From Alphaproteobacteria bacterium (lineage in GTDB: Bacteria > Pseudomonadota > Alphaproteobacteria > MPNO01 > UBA830): a stretch of DNA of 64,000 bases. The stretch is from contig OZ251539.1 of NCBI GenBank assembly GCA_965243135.1, positions 5,024,001 through 5,088,000 of the forward strand. The letters are read 5' to 3'. The notes under the pieces are model-generated. The model saw nothing but the letters and a program-made list of their open reading frames with translations, searched no databases and had not been told where the DNA came from. The position numbers and the translations under genes are program-made. Shown in pieces: positions 35,134 to 45,117 of the stretch. Positions within the stretch are counted from its first letter, which is position 1. Each line of letters starts with the position of its first letter.

Positions 35134-37650
35134 CTATATCATTCTGTACAACAGATTAGGATCGGCTTCTTCGCCACGGTATATCGCAAGAATTTCATCC
35201 GATATTTTTGCCATTGTCTTCATTTTACCTTTTTCCCATGTGCCGTTACTTTTGCAATGATCTAATCTCTTTATTATCTCTTGAGTGATTTCCGAATCGT
35301 CGTCCAGAGCAATATTTCCCATCGATTTCACTCGGGCCAACCCGCCAAGCAAGAGAAGAGCATACCGCATTTGTAGATGCGCTTCCATTTTCCATCTGTC
35401 CGGCATAATTGGATCATCCTTTATTTCCGATATCTTTTTCCACGCTATCTCCGCGAGCTTCTCGATCCAATCCGTGCGCCGGTTCAGAAGCTCTCCCGCT
35501 GTTCGTCGGCGAGCAAGAAGGTGGCTAAGGCACGCGAGCGCGTCGCACTCGAACGGTTTGTCCTCGTCGTCAAGAGCACCCCGGATCGCTCGCCGCATTC
35601 TTTCTTCATCAACAACTGCTCGCCCTAGACCATGCAGAATCGCCCTGTGTGCCGCTTCGTGCGTATATTCCACCGTGCGCCGAGCGCTCTCGATTCCCCA
35701 AACCGCATCAAGCAATAGATCCAGAAGCTCACCGGGACATTTCGCAAAAGTCCAGCTCGGAACGGTGTGCAACCGGTTTCGGGCCTTTATTCCAATATCT
35801 TGATCAAATCCCTGCCTGTACCACCTCAACAAAGTGCGCACCCCTACTATCATCACCTCATTCAGATCCCGTTCCGCTAGCACCCGCTGTTCGGCGGTCC
35901 ACCCTGACGATTCGTTCGCTGGCGGGAGATCACCATCCGTTCCCACAGCATACCGTTGGTTTACAGGAGGTTTCCCACGCGGCTTGCACAACCATTTGTA
36001 CAAGTAGTCCCGTTCTTGATCGGTAATCGCATCTTGCCCGCTCTTTCTGCAACGGTTTGCAGCATCCTTAAGCATCGTGGCATGAGCCGTTAATTCTCCA
36101 TTTTCCCACCACGCTTCTTCCGCAGCTCTATAGTGCACAAGGTGAGGAACAACGGACATGATATCTTTCGCCTTTGGACGGAACACTATTTTTTTCGGTT
36201 CTTCACTCCATGGCCTGTAGGTTCGCGAGGTGATCTCTATTCTCGCGTATCCGGTAGCGGGCTGTTGCACGGCGACGATCATAACATCGTGATCACGTTC
36301 GGTCGTCTCGATCTCGATCCGCTCACTGTACCTAGTCGCACCTTTTCGGAGCGGAACCATAAGTTCCGATTTCCCTTTCTCTAATTTGAGACCTTCACTC
36401 ACTTTCTTCGCTCTGTCAGCTGGTGTTCGGTAAGGTTCGCCCGCCCGTACAACTTCATTCTCACAAATAAGAGACAATTGTTTTTTCCGCCTTTTCTTTC
36501 CTTGAATGACCGTAAGGGAAAGCCCTTCCAAGTGATCAAACCACGGTGTTTCACCCTGTTCAATCGACCTTGCGGCAAGGAGCGCACCCCGGCTTCCCGC
36601 ATAGGGGGGCGCATTCAGCGGCTCTCGTCCATCTTTCCTCAAACTCTTCTCTAGCGCCTCCGTAACGCTCTTCCCAATGGGGCTCCATACAATTACCGTA
36701 TTCACATCCTCTAGGTTTTCGGCAGCATCTGTTGGCTCCTGCGCGTTATCCACGGTCCCCGGTGCAACCATTTTAATCCACTTTCCGCCTTCGTTGCGGA
36801 TCCACGCGTCCTCCGACCCGCCGCTTGCCCAGTGTTCGATCGCCCGGGTTTGTTGCTCCACCTTGTCCGCGTCGCGCCATGGAGTGATTTGCATCCGAAT
36901 CGTCTCGCATATCCAGTTCCACCCAGTCAGCCATGGGCGGATATCCTGGGGGCCTTTCCTTACTGGCAAGATGCGTCCTGTTTTCTCGTCTTTTTTCAGA
37001 CGAAATACATGCGTTCTGATCTCATTTCCGTAGCTAACGATGACGCCTACGCTCTCCTTTTCCATCAATGCCGGCATTCTTTCGAGCATTGCCAACGCTA
37101 CGCTCACCGAATCCCACACCAAATGAACTTTCGTCCCTCCAAGCGCTCTCCTGCCAAGCGCTTCTAACACCCTCGCTTGAACGACCTCGGTCATCTCTAA
37201 ATCGTCTGGAATGCAAAATCCCGCATTTCTCGTGATGCTTCGCGCTCCCTCCCTGCAACCGATAGCGCTTTGCACGCCCGCAAGGAGCACATCGCTAGCG
37301 GAAATTTTTTGCTCTTCGTCCTCTCCTGTGTCCTTTATCAGTAGATGATCCGACTCGTTGGCAACTTCTTCGCTCTCGACCTTCCTGATCTCGCGCCAAG
37401 CGTCCGCCGTTTCACGCCGTCTCGCCAGATTTCCTTTCTCTCCAAATTCTGATCCCCGTCCAAAAATGGTGGAGATCGCCCCTAAGCCGGCAACTAGCTT
37501 TGTCTTTCCGTCTTTCGCTCTGTCGGCCCGTACAGTGACACTTCGGGGACCCTCGTTACGTTCCCTACGTTGTGCGTCCATGGCGTCGCCTTCCGTCGCC
37601 ACGTAGTCCCATAACCCATTAAGGTCTATTCCCGCGATTTCGCGGCTCAT
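35134..37650 (-). CDS. Large protein with divergent Hsp70/actin-like N-terminal ATPase fold (838 aa)
   Basis: IAGIDLNG; AGFCIPDD...VQARVLEAL...VHLVWDSVSVALA parallels Hsp70 AVITVP...Q...LINEPTAAALA; ATGA-coupled to the upstream gene. Confidence 0.6.
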   Translation of the reverse strand: MSREIAGIDLNGLWDYVATEGDAMDAQRRERNEGPRSVTVRADRAKDGKTKLVAGLGAISTIFGRGSEFGEKGNLARRRETADAWREIRKVESEEVANESDHLLIKDTGEDEEQKISASDVLLAGVQSAIGCREGARSITRNAGFCIPDDLEMTEVVQARVLEALGRRALGGTKVHLVWDSVSVALAMLERMPALMEKESVGVIVSYGNEIRTHVFRLKKDEKTGRILPVRKGPQDIRPWLTGWNWICETIRMQITPWRDADKVEQQTRAIEHWASGGSEDAWIRNEGGKWIKMVAPGTVDNAQEPTDAAENLEDVNTVIVWSPIGKSVTEALEKSLRKDGREPLNAPPYAGSRGALLAARSIEQGETPWFDHLEGLSLTVIQGKKRRKKQLSLICENEVVRAGEPYRTPADRAKKVSEGLKLEKGKSELMVPLRKGATRYSERIEIETTERDHDVMIVAVQQPATGYARIEITSRTYRPWSEEPKKIVFRPKAKDIMSVVPHLVHYRAAEEAWWENGELTAHATMLKDAANRCRKSGQDAITDQERDYLYKWLCKPRGKPPVNQRYAVGTDGDLPPANESSGWTAEQRVLAERDLNEVMIVGVRTLLRWYRQGFDQDIGIKARNRLHTVPSWTFAKCPGELLDLLLDAVWGIESARRTVEYTHEAAHRAILHGLGRAVVDEERMRRAIRGALDDEDKPFECDALACLSHLLARRRTAGELLNRRTDWIEKLAEIAWKKISEIKDDPIMPDRWKMEAHLQMRYALLLLGGLARVKSMGNIALDDDSEITQEIIKRLDHCKSNGTWEKGKMKTMAKISDEILAIYRGEEADPNLLYRMI

Positions 37651-39197
37651 CGTTTCCCCGCCCGGGCTTGGAGGTGATCGACAGCCTTCTGGATCGAATT
37701 CAGAACGCACCCCAGACCGCTCTCAGGTCTCATTCGTTCCGCAAAGACGCGACATTCGTGCCGTTTCCCACCAGTGCTCATTCTCCGGGGATTTTCTTGC
37801 GGCATCCTTTCCTGCACAGTGAGAACCCCAATGTCATACGGTATCTCTTCACGTTCATTTCTGCTAGCGAGTTCCTCCATTCGATCAAGGTATCGAAGCT
37901 CTCCCTGCCCCGTTCCCAAAACATAGAATGCTAACTTTGCTTCCTTTTTGGACGCATTTTCAATCATACCCAGCGTGATCGCACAACAAGAGCCAGATGG
38001 CGCTTCGCTGTTCGGCTCTACCCCGCTGGCTTGTATCTCCATCCACCATCCCGTGTCGGGCTGGATAAGCAAACAGAACGGTTTCTGTTCCAACGCAAGC
38101 CAGCGTCCTTTTTCCTGTCCTGTCCGAAGAACCACTGGCGGCTTCACCACGGGCGTCCAACTTTCAAAGTTCATCACCGCGACGCTCACGGCTAGCAACC
38201 CCAACTCGTTCCATGCCTCCGCTTGCCAGCTCCAAAGCTCATCTTCGAGATCCATTCTCTGAATCAGTTGTTCCCTAGCTGTCCAGATCCGTCGGTAGTC
38301 AGGGTTCATCCTCAGAACTTGATTGGGTTCCGCTCCCGCCTCAAGCTTTCTGACCCCCGCTTCCCTCAACGCCGCCGCAACGTTTGTGCACTCTCTCCCC
38401 CACTGAATGAGCTGTGCATCTATGCTCCATCCTTGCGAGAGCCGCTGGACTTCCCGCGCGGTCATCTCCGCGAAATCTCGCACCACTCGGTTTTCGCGGG
38501 TGTTGTGGTTCGTTATCCGCATTTCCGTGAGAATGCCCCGCTTGGCGCGCTCCTCTATTGTGCGGCCGGGTTTCCCTGCTAGCCATTTGATGCTTTTTCG
38601 GCTGGTTCGTTCCACGCGCTCTGGAGCTACGATCCGTTCCTCCCGCGCAAGCACTGTTTTCGGATTTCGCCCGATTCGGCGAAGCACCAGCGGCAGTTCC
38701 CGTGCATGCTGTTTCAGTACTTCCGTCCTTGGCTCATAATCACCAGAGAGTTCGCGTTCAAACGCCGCCTTAGCCTGCGCCCATTCTCTACCCGCTCCCC
38801 AAGCCCTCGTTTCCTCAATCTGGCGAATCCGCGCCGCCACGTCGATATGTGCTCCTCTTTTACAACCTGCATCGTTGAAGTCGTCTTCGCTCCACCTGAT
38901 CGTGTCAACGGAGCCGTTCGCGCTCACATGCTGCACAGGGGGCGTTCTTGGCCGGGGAAGCGGAATCCGCCAAGCCGTTCGTTCTTCGTCATCACTCGTC
39001 GCAACCCATTCGGGTTGGAGCGCTCGGAATCCGTTCAGCCGAGGTTTTGCGTCTGCAGCCGTAACCGCGAATACTCCAGTAAGCGCACTGTTTTCTGACC
39101 CGTCGGCCTCTGTTTCCGGCCCCGCGTTCGCCGGCCTACCCGCGAGTGCACGTGTGAGGTTTCGCAGTCCCCTCGTAACCTGAATATCTTGGGGCAT
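37647..39197 (-). CDS. DUF2357 (McrC N-terminal-like) protein
   Basis: NHNTRENRVVRDF and PNQVLRMNPDYRRIW motifs; directly follows the McrB-like gene. Confidence 0.72.
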   Translation of the reverse strand: MPQDIQVTRGLRNLTRALAGRPANAGPETEADGSENSALTGVFAVTAADAKPRLNGFRALQPEWVATSDDEERTAWRIPLPRPRTPPVQHVSANGSVDTIRWSEDDFNDAGCKRGAHIDVAARIRQIEETRAWGAGREWAQAKAAFERELSGDYEPRTEVLKQHARELPLVLRRIGRNPKTVLAREERIVAPERVERTSRKSIKWLAGKPGRTIEERAKRGILTEMRITNHNTRENRVVRDFAEMTAREVQRLSQGWSIDAQLIQWGRECTNVAAALREAGVRKLEAGAEPNQVLRMNPDYRRIWTAREQLIQRMDLEDELWSWQAEAWNELGLLAVSVAVMNFESWTPVVKPPVVLRTGQEKGRWLALEQKPFCLLIQPDTGWWMEIQASGVEPNSEAPSGSCCAITLGMIENASKKEAKLAFYVLGTGQGELRYLDRMEELASRNEREEIPYDIGVLTVQERMPQENPRRMSTGGKRHECRVFAERMRPESGLGCVLNSIQKAVDHLQARAGKR

Positions 39198-41099
39198 CTA
39201 TCCGATCTGCCGTCCAGTCCAGGCGAACGTACCCACGCTGTGCATCGTGTTCGTCGCGTTCGAAACCGCGTTTGCCAGATCCTGATCATCGAGATTCTGA
39301 TCGCAGATCTTGCTCAGCCGGTCCAATGCGTCCGCCGCTCCTTGATTGGCACCGTCGATTCCGGTGAGCTTCGGTAGCACCCTCATCTCGACTTGGTCCA
39401 CAAGGGCATTCCTCCAGTCCTTTGAAGGATAGCGCTCAATGTATCGCGCCATCGCCTGTCCCATCCGGTGACCGAAGGGCCGACCAACTCTTTCCATCAC
39501 TTCTTCGTTAATCAAAGTGATTGTCTGCCGAGCTTCACTTTCCATTTCCCGCCCTTCGCACCATCTCCGCCAATTCTCATCTTTGAGGGCTTTCTCTCCT
39601 CCCTCTCGTCCGTTCTTATCCAAGCCAGTCCCCATAGCTGTAAATTGGATCTCCTGCGGCCTGGGAAATCGGATAACGTTTGAGCGGTCAATCACCTTGT
39701 CCGAAAGCGTCTGCGTGCTTTCGTCCTCATTCATCGTGCCCACCCACAGGATTCGCTCCGAGGGATAGATTCTTTCCGCTTCTTCACCTTCTCCATGCGG
39801 CACGTCGAGCTCGATCATCGTCTCTGGACGTGGTCCGCCTTCTTTAAATTCTTCTCGCGCCTGCCTCAGCTCCAAGCGACTCAAGAAGTCTGAAAAATAG
39901 TACTCGGTACGAGCTAAGTTCATTTCGTCTAGCAATACCATCGCCATACGGCCGTCTTCTTGCTCGTTCTTCCGTCCTTGGTCGAAGTTCCACAAGAGGC
40001 GCGCAAGCTCTGTAGCCTGATACCTTCCATGCATGTAATCATACGAACCAACCAAGTCGATCGGGCTATCCCACCGCGGTTGCACAGGCACAACCAATAA
40101 ATACATTCCCATCGCCTCGGCATACGCCCGCGGTAGCTGCGTCTTCCCCGTGCCGCTAATTCCAGCAAGAACGGTAAGCGGCGACACCTCCGCTATTTTG
40201 AGCGAGGTATGCAACCTCCACACCATTCTTTGGTTGAACTTGAGGCCCCATTGACGAATGAGGCTTATCGCCTCGTCTAGCGCTTCGTTTTCGTCTTGAA
40301 TTGGTTTGTCTGATCTATAGCCTCCTACACAACCCGGTTGTCTGGTAAGGTTTCCTAGGCGGGTTTTACCTTGTTTATTTTCACCTAATTTTCCGCCCAT
40401 CTCTCCTTTCATCTTCTCCACCTCTCTTTCGTAACTTTCTTTTCTGACTTCCGCAGACCGGGCTCTATCTTCCGCTTCATTGGCTCTTTTTTCCGCAGAT
40501 TCTGCTACTTCCTTTTTCCGTTCCAATTCCGATTCAATAGAAGCCAATTCTTTGCTTTTTTCTGCTATTTCTTTTGCAAATTTATTGATTTCATCTTCTA
40601 GAATCTTCTTTTCTTCCTGAGCCGATTTCTTCCATTCGATAAACTGTTCTTTTTTGGGATCGAATTCTTCCACATACTTTTGAAGTCTATTCTTCTTTTC
40701 TTCCATCTCGGCCATCTCCTTTTCCATTCGGTCCCGCTGTTCCTGAACCATTTCACCCTTCCTTGCGATCTCCCGAATCTTCAATTCTTCTTCTTTCGCA
40801 AATTGGTCGAGCGCTTTGCGCTGTTCGCCCAGACCAGAATATTCTTCCTCGATCTCTTTTATTTCCCGGGTAAGTTCTTCAATTTTTTTTGCCAAATTTT
40901 CGCTTGTCTCGGCCTTTCCTCGAACTTCCTCGTACTTCTTTTCGGCCTCGTTAATGCGTCTCGCCGCCTGATCGTATCGATCCTCCATTGACGAACCATT
41001 TCCACTTCGTCTGTGGAAGGTGAGCCATGCTACGGTCCAGCCTCCTGCCAATGCGGCCCCTACGACACTCGCCACAGTCCACGGGATTTCCCAGATCAT
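39198..41099 (-). CDS. McrB-like AAA+ GTPase (NxD type) with N-terminal TM helix and long coiled coil
   Basis: LAGISGTGKT, VPVQPRWDSP.DLVG, LLDEMNLARTEYYFSDFLS, GTMNEDEST and DKVIDRS motifs. Confidence 0.88.
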   Translation of the reverse strand: MIWEIPWTVASVVGAALAGGWTVAWLTFHRRSGNGSSMEDRYDQAARRINEAEKKYEEVRGKAETSENLAKKIEELTREIKEIEEEYSGLGEQRKALDQFAKEEELKIREIARKGEMVQEQRDRMEKEMAEMEEKKNRLQKYVEEFDPKKEQFIEWKKSAQEEKKILEDEINKFAKEIAEKSKELASIESELERKKEVAESAEKRANEAEDRARSAEVRKESYEREVEKMKGEMGGKLGENKQGKTRLGNLTRQPGCVGGYRSDKPIQDENEALDEAISLIRQWGLKFNQRMVWRLHTSLKIAEVSPLTVLAGISGTGKTQLPRAYAEAMGMYLLVVPVQPRWDSPIDLVGSYDYMHGRYQATELARLLWNFDQGRKNEQEDGRMAMVLLDEMNLARTEYYFSDFLSRLELRQAREEFKEGGPRPETMIELDVPHGEGEEAERIYPSERILWVGTMNEDESTQTLSDKVIDRSNVIRFPRPQEIQFTAMGTGLDKNGREGGEKALKDENWRRWCEGREMESEARQTITLINEEVMERVGRPFGHRMGQAMARYIERYPSKDWRNALVDQVEMRVLPKLTGIDGANQGAADALDRLSKICDQNLDDQDLANAVSNATNTMHSVGTFAWTGRQIG

Positions 41100-42241
41100 T
41101 GCTCCGTTCCCCCGCTAGGCACACTCGTTCGCTTGTCTTCCAAACGCTTGAGCGTTATCTCTAATTTTGTACTCGCCTCTGAAAGTTCTTCCATTATCTT
41201 CATGTATTCGCGTTCCAGACGTTCGACATCGTCCTTCGCAGCCCGGCCGATTCCTTGTAGACGTTTCAATTTCGACTCGATCTCCCGCCTTTCACTTTCG
41301 AGGCGCGCAACCTCTTCGCGAACCGCTCGTAACTCTCCTTTGGCATCGTCCAACTCACGCTCAGTTATGTCGAGATCCGCCCTTGCACGCTGGTTTTGTT
41401 TCACAAGACGTTCCCGTTTCAATTCCAGACGTTTGACGTCACCTGCTTTAGTTTGCGCTTCCTGTTCTGCGTTCTGTATTCGAGTTCGCAATTCTTTCTC
41501 GCGCACCGACAGATCGTTGACGCGCGCATTCCGCGTGTTCTCCTCTGTCTTGAGGTCTTCCACCGACCTCAAGAGGCGTTCTTTCCGTTCGTCTAGCACC
41601 TTCGCATCGTCAATCGTCTTGCGCGCTGTTTCGGCCCGTATTCTCAGGTCTTCTTCCTCTTGCCGCAGCGACGGTAAAACTTCTTCAAATCTCCGTTTTT
41701 CCGAATTGAGATCTTCAATTTGTCCTCTAACACGTTTTTGCTCCAATTTTAGACGTATGACGTCATCTGCTCTGGTTTGCGCTTCCTGTTCTGCGTTCTG
41801 TACTTGAGTTTGTATTTCTCGTTCGCGCGCTATTAGGTCGTTGATACGCGCATTCCGCGTGTTCTCCTCTGTCTTGAGGTCTTCCACCGACCTCAAGAGG
41901 CGTTCTTTCCGTTCGTCTAGCACCTTCGCATCGTCAATCGTCTTGAGCGCTGTTTCGGCCCGTATTCTCAGGTCTTCTTCCTCTTGCCGCAGCAATGGTA
42001 AAACTTCTTCAAGTTTTCCCCTATCTGATTTCAGCCCTTCTACCTGGGTCAGCAGCTCGCTGCGCTGAACCTCAAGCGCATCAATCGCAGCACGCTGCCG
42101 GGCAGCGTCGATACTCTCGCTTACGACAATGGTTGCGGGGATGCCCACGAGCAGCAATCCCAATGCGGCACCCAATCCAACCCTGACTCGGACTTTCTTC
42201 ATGTCCTGGCTGACGTGCTTGAATATGTCTGCGTCACTCAT
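41096..42241 (-). CDS. Membrane-anchored coiled-coil protein with internal 108-aa duplication
   Basis: TM segment VGLGAALGLLLVGIPATIVV followed by continuous heptads; GGAGG RBS; overlaps both neighbours. Confidence 0.8.
   Translation of the reverse strand: MSDADIFKHVSQDMKKVRVRVGLGAALGLLLVGIPATIVVSESIDAARQRAAIDALEVQRSELLTQVEGLKSDRGKLEEVLPLLRQEEEDLRIRAETALKTIDDAKVLDERKERLLRSVEDLKTEENTRNARINDLIAREREIQTQVQNAEQEAQTRADDVIRLKLEQKRVRGQIEDLNSEKRRFEEVLPSLRQEEEDLRIRAETARKTIDDAKVLDERKERLLRSVEDLKTEENTRNARVNDLSVREKELRTRIQNAEQEAQTKAGDVKRLELKRERLVKQNQRARADLDITERELDDAKGELRAVREEVARLESERREIESKLKRLQGIGRAAKDDVERLEREYMKIMEELSEASTKLEITLKRLEDKRTSVPSGGTEQ
41410..42012. repeat. Direct duplication with 324-bp period inside the coiled-coil gene
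   Basis: GGTAAAACTTCTTCAA at 41673 and 41997; near-identical cores at about 41523-41620 and 41847-41944. Confidence 0.9.
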
Positions 42242-43037
42242 CAAGTGCCTCCTTGATTTTCATTATGCATCCTGCGGGATCCTTTCGAATTTCGTGATCC
42301 CAGAATCGCAGCGTCTTCCATCCGGCGGCTGCCAAGCAATCGTCACGCCAGCTATCCCGATCTACCCGCTTACCTTCTTCGTCCGTGTGCCATATTTTCC
42401 CATCGGCTTCAACGCAGAGCTGGCGTTCTCCCTTCGTCAGTGCGAAATCTATCCGGTAACGTCCGACCTGCATCTGCCGTTCAGCGTGGAGGCCGGCTTG
42501 TTCCATGGCTTCGCTGAGCTCGTCCTCCAGTCCAGATTCCGTGACCGGTCCGCTCCTTCCTTTGAGAGCGTCCAAGAAAGCGCGGCTTCGCCAATCCGCC
42601 GGCTTCTGGAAGAGGCTCGGGTTTCCAACGCAAATGAGAGCATGGGTTGTAGCCCGCCTCGCGTCCCACATCCGTTTGGCGAACTCGCGAGGATCCGTGA
42701 TTACATCAGGAAGGGCTATATACCGAACGCCGACAACATTTCGCGCCATCGCCGTCCCGACAGTTCCGATATATCCGGCCCACTCCCGTCGGCGCTTCTC
42801 GCGCTCGCTATCGTGTTCTTCCCGATCTACGAAGTAGAGTAGTGGTTTACGCACCCACGGAACTACCTCCTCTGCCGTCCATGCCTCGTTTTGCCGCCAG
42901 CGCCCAGTCGGGCCATAGCGCACCGGGCCTTGGCCAGTTGCCGGCTCCAGTCCTTCATACCACGGCCTCTGCGGCGCCTGCCGCTGACGTCTACGCCGGA
43001 GTTCACTCGTCCTTATTCCAAGCGGCGTGAGTTTCAT
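42234..43037 (-). CDS. DUF559/Vsr-like PD-(D/E)XK endonuclease domain protein
   Basis: ESGLE...QMQVGRYRIDFAL...CVEADGKIWH...DSWRDDCLAAAGWKTLRFW; start set to 43037, downstream of the neighbouring gene's stop. Confidence 0.85.
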   Translation of the reverse strand: MKLTPLGIRTSELRRRRQRQAPQRPWYEGLEPATGQGPVRYGPTGRWRQNEAWTAEEVVPWVRKPLLYFVDREEHDSEREKRRREWAGYIGTVGTAMARNVVGVRYIALPDVITDPREFAKRMWDARRATTHALICVGNPSLFQKPADWRSRAFLDALKGRSGPVTESGLEDELSEAMEQAGLHAERQMQVGRYRIDFALTKGERQLCVEADGKIWHTDEEGKRVDRDSWRDDCLAAAGWKTLRFWDHEIRKDPAGCIMKIKEALDE

Positions 43038-43059
43038 TTGATTGCTGAATTCAAGCGCG

Positions 43060-43446
43060 TCAGGCTTGACGGCCGCCCTTGGCGAGCCAGTCGAGTCTGA
43101 GGTCGAGCCTGTCGCCGAGCCACAACGGATACCAGGCATGATCCTTCCATGCGTCCCCCGCTTCGGGGTGAACGAGAATCACGAGCCCGTCGCGATTGAA
43201 CATTAACCAGGGAACGATCTCGGAAAACAGATCCTGATCGAACTCGATCTGGTACATGTCCACCGGATGCGGACCGACGGGCCGGTCGCGAAAACGTCCC
43301 ATGCGCACCCGTTCCGGCCACTTGCTCCATACCTTTTCCCGAAGCCGCGCCGCCTTCTCCCGCAAGGCGTCGTCGTCCCCGTAATAGACATGCGCATGGT
43401 AGCCCCGAATTTTCGTCTCGTCGCCATTTTCGAACCGTTCCGTCAT
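43060..43446 (-). CDS. DOPA 4,5-dioxygenase family protein
   Basis: YHAHVYY, PVGPHP, WLMFNRDGL.ILVHP and DH...LWLG motifs. Confidence 0.88.
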   Translation of the reverse strand: MTERFENGDETKIRGYHAHVYYGDDDALREKAARLREKVWSKWPERVRMGRFRDRPVGPHPVDMYQIEFDQDLFSEIVPWLMFNRDGLVILVHPEAGDAWKDHAWYPLWLGDRLDLRLDWLAKGGRQA

Positions 43447-43510
43447 CTTCGCGTTCCCCGCCGTCGTTCGCGGATGGACAGGCCGGCGGCTCCCATGCCT
43501 GACCGCTTCC

Positions 43511-44932
43511 CTACAGGACGCGCTCGTCCCGCACCCTTTTCGCCTTGAACTCGGTCTTTGGCAACGTGCCCGGCGCAAGCACCTCGACGCCGGCCCGCAC
43601 CTCGCAACGCGCCCGGATTTCTCCCGCAACGGCTTCGGCGACGGTCTCGCCTTCGTTCCCGTGCTCGACCCGAACCGTCATTACGTGCAGTCCGTCGGCG
43701 CCGGTCGTCAGCAGAATCTCGAACTCGTCGCCGATGCCGTCGACGGCGCGCACCGCCTGCTCCACCTGGCTCGGAAAGAACTTGATCCCGCGCAGGTTGA
43801 TCAGGTCGTCGGCGCGTCCGGTGAACGAACCCATCGCGCGCACGTGGTTGCGCCCGCAGTCGCAGGTCGCGGTGTTGAAGACCGTATAGTCGCCCACCAG
43901 AAACCTGAGCTGCGGCGAGCTTTCCGAATTCAGCGAGGTGCAGACCGTCAACCCGCGCTCGCCTTCGGGAACGACCTCTCCGGTATCCGGATCGACCAAC
44001 TCCCAGATCTGGATGTCCTCGGTCAGATGCGTAAAGACCTGTTCGCCTGCGGTCGAGTAGGGACAGGTGAATCCTCCGGCGTGGGGCGAGACTTCCGTGC
44101 AGCCGTAGAACTCGGCGGTGCGGCAACCCCATAGCTCCTCGATCCGTCGGCGCGTACGATCGATGCCCATCGCCGGTTCGCCGCCCGTGAACAGCGCATG
44201 AACCGAGCTTGCAGCCGGATCCAGCCCGGCTTCCTGCATGACGCGCCCGAGGTAAAGCGCGTAGGAAGGCGTACAGGCGATAACCGTAGGCTTGAAACGG
44301 TCGATGACGTTGGCCCGCGCCCGAGCGTCCATCCCGCCGCCCGGGATGACGGCGATTCCGAGCCGGTCGGCGGCGACCGTCACGCCCCAGATCCATACGT
44401 GCGGCCCGAATCCGACCATCGGGAACAGCACCTCGCCCGGCCGGATGTCCATGGACCACATCGCGCGCGCGTTCGCCCACTCCCAGTATTCCCGGTCCAG
44501 ATGCGTGTAGCGGAATACGCGAGGCGCGCCGGTGGATCCCGAAGAAGAGAACAACATCCAGCCCCGGTTTGCCCAATCCTCGTCGTCGATGGCGCAATAG
44601 GTGCCGTAGGGCGGATTGGCGGCCGCGTCCTCCATCATCTCCGATTTGCGGATTACCGGCCATTTCGAGAGATCTTCCACCGATGCGATATCGGTCGGCG
44701 CAAGGCCGAGCCGATCGAACCGCGCCCGGTAGAAGGCGCTGTTCTCGTAGAGATACGGCGTGACCGCCGCGAGTTTCTCGTTCTGAATGGCGGTAAGTTC
44801 GTCGCGCGACGCCGCGTCGAGCGACGGCGACCAGTATCGCTCGTTCGCCGGCGCGTCGAAATCGCGCCGGTATTTTGCCAGAGTCTCAAGCCACTCCTTG
44901 CGCGTCCGAACCTTGCGATCGTTTCCCGCCAT
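43511..44932 (-). CDS. Phenylacetate-CoA ligase family protein
   Basis: SSSGSTGAP, CTPSYAL, YGCTE, RFLVGD and GRADD...RG motifs. Confidence 0.88.
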   Translation of the reverse strand: MAGNDRKVRTRKEWLETLAKYRRDFDAPANERYWSPSLDAASRDELTAIQNEKLAAVTPYLYENSAFYRARFDRLGLAPTDIASVEDLSKWPVIRKSEMMEDAAANPPYGTYCAIDDEDWANRGWMLFSSSGSTGAPRVFRYTHLDREYWEWANARAMWSMDIRPGEVLFPMVGFGPHVWIWGVTVAADRLGIAVIPGGGMDARARANVIDRFKPTVIACTPSYALYLGRVMQEAGLDPAASSVHALFTGGEPAMGIDRTRRRIEELWGCRTAEFYGCTEVSPHAGGFTCPYSTAGEQVFTHLTEDIQIWELVDPDTGEVVPEGERGLTVCTSLNSESSPQLRFLVGDYTVFNTATCDCGRNHVRAMGSFTGRADDLINLRGIKFFPSQVEQAVRAVDGIGDEFEILLTTGADGLHVMTVRVEHGNEGETVAEAVAGEIRARCEVRAGVEVLAPGTLPKTEFKAKRVRDERVL

Positions 44933-45117
44933 GGATGCTTCCCCTTGCTTCGCGTTCGGGATCTCCTCCCGCGCATGCGCCCGATATTCCGGGGATCCGC
45001 GCATCGGCACAACCCCCCTCGCGTCGAGCGCGGGCTGCCGGCCGCCCGAAGCGGGATGCGCAACCCCGCATATTCGGTTAGGTTAACCCGAACGAAAACC
45101 GGAAACGGAGTTCGCGG

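Noticed and set aside
41410-42012. CRISPR array
   Set aside because: Only two long in-frame copies inside a CDS. No short repeat-spacer pattern or cas genes were seen anywhere in the window.
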